Origin: an uncultured cyanobacterium
GTDB taxonomy: Bacteria; Cyanobacteriota; Cyanobacteriia; Cyanobacteriales; CAWCAG01
DNA: 64,000 nt
Reading direction: 5' to 3'
Assembly: GCA_963793425.1 (NCBI GenBank)
Contig: CAWCAG010000007.1
Location: forward strand, 32,001 to 96,000
Shown here: positions 61,451 to 64,000 of the stretch, one piece after another
How the letters are laid out: every line of letters begins with the position of its first letter
Position numbering within the stretch: the first letter of the stretch is position 1
Made by a program: the position numbers and the translations under genes
Notes under the pieces: generated by a model
What the model was told of the DNA's origin: nothing
What the model saw: the letters and a program-made list of their open reading frames with translations, nothing else
Database searches by the model: none

Positions 61451-61613
61451 GAAATTTTCATCCCTAACTATTTTGTATATATTTAGATGCTAGCTTGAAA
61501 ATTAGTTGTTTGACATTGGTCATGAGTAATAAAAAGTTAACTCATAAAGTATTGTCTTAATGGTTCTACCGAACATAGGATGTAAGATTAGTAGTTGAAG
61601 TGCCAAGTCAAAA

Positions 61614-61662
61614 TGCTCCCTGCTCCCTGCTCCCTGCTCCCTGCTCCCTGCTCCCTGCTCCC
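61614..61662. repeat. Heptamer tandem repeat (TGCTCCC) x7, STRR-like
   Basis: Seven perfect copies read directly. Confidence 0.95.
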
Positions 61663-61771
61663 TAAAACCAGGAATTTAGTACCTCACAAGTAAGAGAATT
61701 GCTATAAGTATTAGGAAAAAGGGAATAGTTTATTCTTTAACTTCCCCCCATATGGTCACCTAGTTACCCTG

Positions 61772-62563
61772 TCAAATCTCAACAATAACAGGGGTATGAT
61801 CGCTAGGTTTTGGCAACTTTCTCGGTTCTAGATCAATAGTACAACTAACAGCTTGCTCATATAAATTAGGAGTAAGGTAAAGGTGATCAATACGCCAACC
61901 TCTATTACCTGAGAAAGCGCGGGTACGATAGTCCCACCAACTATAATATCCTGTTTCGGAAGTGAATTTGCGAAAGGAATCTTTTAACTCAATAGAGGTA
62001 ATCATTTCTTGCAAAGCTTCCCGTTCAGAGGGAGAAGACATAATATGTTTTTCCTTGTTTTTGGGGTCATGAATATCCCTATCTTCTAGGGCAACATTAA
62101 AATCACCACAAACACATAATTCCTCATTATTTCGCTCTTTAAGAGTTTGTAAATAATGCTGTAAGGTTTTTAACCAACGCAGTTTATAATCATATTTATC
62201 ACTGGCGATCGCAGAACCATTAGGAACATAAAGATTAACAACCCTGATATTATTAATCGTTCCAGTAATTACCCGCTTTTGTTCATCAAACTCTCCCGCC
62301 AGTTTCTCACCAATAATAGGCGTGAATCCAGAAATCACATCTTTTAAAGGGCTTTTACTAAAAATAGCAACTCCGTTGTAAGCTTTTTGTCCAGAAATAT
62401 ATAGTTGATAGCCTAAGTCTAAAAAGCCTTCTTGGGGAAAATCTTTATCAATAACCTTGGTTTCTTGTAAACAGAGAATATCAATAGGATTCTCTTTTAA
62501 CCAATCAATTACTAATTCTTGACGAGCGCGAATTGAATTAACGTTCCAACTTGCTATTTTCAT
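61772..62563 (-). CDS. xth: Exodeoxyribonuclease III
   Basis: SWNVNSIR, LCLQETK, YNGVAI, YVPNG, GDFN, SWWDYR, GWRIDH, SDHTP. Confidence 0.96.
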   Translation of the reverse strand: MKIASWNVNSIRARQELVIDWLKENPIDILCLQETKVIDKDFPQEGFLDLGYQLYISGQKAYNGVAIFSKSPLKDVISGFTPIIGEKLAGEFDEQKRVITGTINNIRVVNLYVPNGSAIASDKYDYKLRWLKTLQHYLQTLKERNNEELCVCGDFNVALEDRDIHDPKNKEKHIMSSPSEREALQEMITSIELKDSFRKFTSETGYYSWWDYRTRAFSGNRGWRIDHLYLTPNLYEQAVSCTIDLEPRKLPKPSDHTPVIVEI

Positions 62564-62729
62564 AAAGATTATTTTTCTTGCTTCAAAAAAGTATATACAG
62601 TTAAGTCGCTTTGGTGACTAAAAAAAAGCTAGAATAGAGTCAGGGATTGAAATGCTTTGTAAGTGCAAGCCTTACGCTCTATAGTGATCGCTAATTTCGT
62701 ACTAATTTACTCAAAAAAGCATAACTAAT

Positions 62730-63695
62730 ATGGAATGGACTCCTGTACTAATCGAGAAAAAAATTAAAATTGATTTTAAAGATAAGGAGCTTCTGCGCTT
62801 AGCCTTAATGCACCGCTCCTATGCTCAACTAATTGGCGATCCTGAAGGCAATAATCAGCGTTTGGAATTTTTAGGAGAAGCTATCTTTAGCTTAATAATT
62901 ACTGATTATTTTTATCATAATTTTGGTCATATGGAAATCAATAAACTCAAAGCTGTTCGAGAAAAGCTGACAGCCGGAGAGCGATTGACCAAATTATGGT
63001 ACAACTTAGACTTAGGAGAAGCTTATCCTTTTTTGGGTTTAAAAGAGGAAAGACATCGCTTAAGAGTTAAGCCTCAAAATCCTTTTGCAGATGCTTTAGA
63101 AGCATTAATAGGTGCAATTTCTTTAGACAGAGGTTTCTCTCAAGCCCGTAATTGGAGCGTTAAGAATTTAATTGCCCCGGTATTAGAAAAACATCTTCAA
63201 GAAGATCAAGAACGTACTGATCCACAAAAGCAGCGTAACCTGCTTAGTAATGCCCTATTAACAGCAATTGTTAGCAACTATTTGTATAATAATCTTCCTG
63301 GTGTGGAAGTAAAAAGACTGAAGGAATTATGTAAAGAAATAACGGCAAGTCGAACCATAGCTGAATATAACAGTCAACTTAAACCAGAAGACTTGAGTAT
63401 ATTAGAAGAAAAGTCAGAGAAAGTTCCTAGCAAACCTTTTAAGGCTTTATTGACAACCATTTATTTAGATTACAACGCTGCTAATACTAAGACTAGCTTT
63501 AACAGAACTAGTCAATGGTTTGTCGATAAGTTTATTGATGAAGAGGAAGTGCTACGCAAAGCAATTTTACTATTACTAAAAGATGAAAAACCACAAAAAT
63601 GGATTATTCATAATGTAATGGGTTATGCAAACAATGATTATCACCAAGGAAGAGAACGTCTTAATGAGTTGCTTGAAGAAAAAATAGAGAGCTGA
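62730..63695 (+). CDS. Atypical RNase III-family protein: two tandem RNase III-like domains, no dsRBD
   Basis: ALMHRSY, NQRLEFLGEA, ADALEALIGAI.LDRG; degenerate second copy in the C-terminal half. Confidence 0.8.
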   Translation: MEWTPVLIEKKIKIDFKDKELLRLALMHRSYAQLIGDPEGNNQRLEFLGEAIFSLIITDYFYHNFGHMEINKLKAVREKLTAGERLTKLWYNLDLGEAYPFLGLKEERHRLRVKPQNPFADALEALIGAISLDRGFSQARNWSVKNLIAPVLEKHLQEDQERTDPQKQRNLLSNALLTAIVSNYLYNNLPGVEVKRLKELCKEITASRTIAEYNSQLKPEDLSILEEKSEKVPSKPFKALLTTIYLDYNAANTKTSFNRTSQWFVDKFIDEEEVLRKAILLLLKDEKPQKWIIHNVMGYANNDYHQGRERLNELLEEKIES

Positions 63696-63727
63696 TTTCA
63701 TTTATCATTGATCATTGTTGACGCTTC

Positions 63728-63784
63728 GCGTAGTAAATGCGACAATGCTCCGCAAACGTGTAAATGTTGTCGTATTTACTACGC
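63728..63784. repeat. Long inverted repeat (18-bp arms) within a composite dispersed repeat
   Basis: GCGTAGTAAATGCGACAA ... TTGTCGTATTTACTACGC, 17/18 complementary. Confidence 0.75.
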
Positions 63785-63825
63785 ATTGCCGTAGGCTAGC
63801 CTTGCGCCCTGGCTACATTTATCAT

Positions 63826-64000
63826 TCAGCCAGTAGCCAAATCTGCCTGTAAGAAATCAATAAACTGTCTTGCTGTACGCCCAGAACGTCCGTTATGCCT
63901 AGTAGCCCATTGTTTGGCATGATATTCTAACTCTTCTGAGGAAAGTTTTATAGCTGCTTGTTTAGCTAAATGATTAACAATGGTGAGATAAGTATCTTGG
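63826..64000 (-). CDS. 3' end of a DUF815-family AAA+ ATPase (start lies outside the window)
   Basis: Manual translation QDTYLTIVNHL...AKQWATRHNGRSGRTARQFIDFLQADLATG*. Confidence 0.85.
   Translation of the reverse strand, partial: QDTYLTIVNHLAKQAAIKLSSEELEYHAKQWATRHNGRSGRTARQFIDFLQADLATG

Noticed and set aside
61614..61662. Tandem repeats (also 1365, 8026, 8165, 14441) as CRISPR arrays
   Set aside because: 7-8 bp units with no spacers and no cas genes; ordinary cyanobacterial STRR-like repeats

Overview
Cyanobacterial chromosomal segment: psaA-psaB, frequent HIP1 octamers GCGATCGC and 7-8 bp intergenic tandem repeats. Most of it is housekeeping or signalling genes (GH57, avtA, pphA with an ABC1 kinase, tRNA-Gly, desC, gpgP/gpgS, argB, clpS, psaAB, xth, several hybrid kinases). 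Two accessory blocks stand out. (1) At about 5.7-16.3 kb is part of an extracellular contractile injection system (eCIS; Afp/PVC/cyanobacterial-CIS type). It has a sheath, three tube paralogs, two Pvc16/DUF4255 cap proteins, two tail-assembly chaperones, an embedded two-component pair and a membrane-anchored lambda-type lysozyme. The second chaperone carries an SD + GGGGGAA signal pointing to a programmed -1 frameshift into an unannotated 43-50 codon ORF. No baseplate, spike, tape-measure or ATPase genes are in the window. (2) At about 22.2-27.1 kb is a four-gene operon: a DUF4157 (eCIS-core) effector with a C-terminal L,D-transpeptidase/Tlde1-like motif, a WG-repeat lipoprotein (candidate immunity), a disrupted ComQ-like prenyltransferase and a methyltransferase-like protein. 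Also notable are an NsiR1-like small RNA with a TCCGGA -35 element, a BrnT toxin whose antitoxin is fused to an Abi-alpha-like domain, and a tandem RNase III-domain protein. Several single-base frameshifts (desC, an SDR, the effector 5' end, the prenyltransferase) suggest assembly indel errors, so every frameshift call needs a read-level check. All family assignments come from motif recognition, not database searches.
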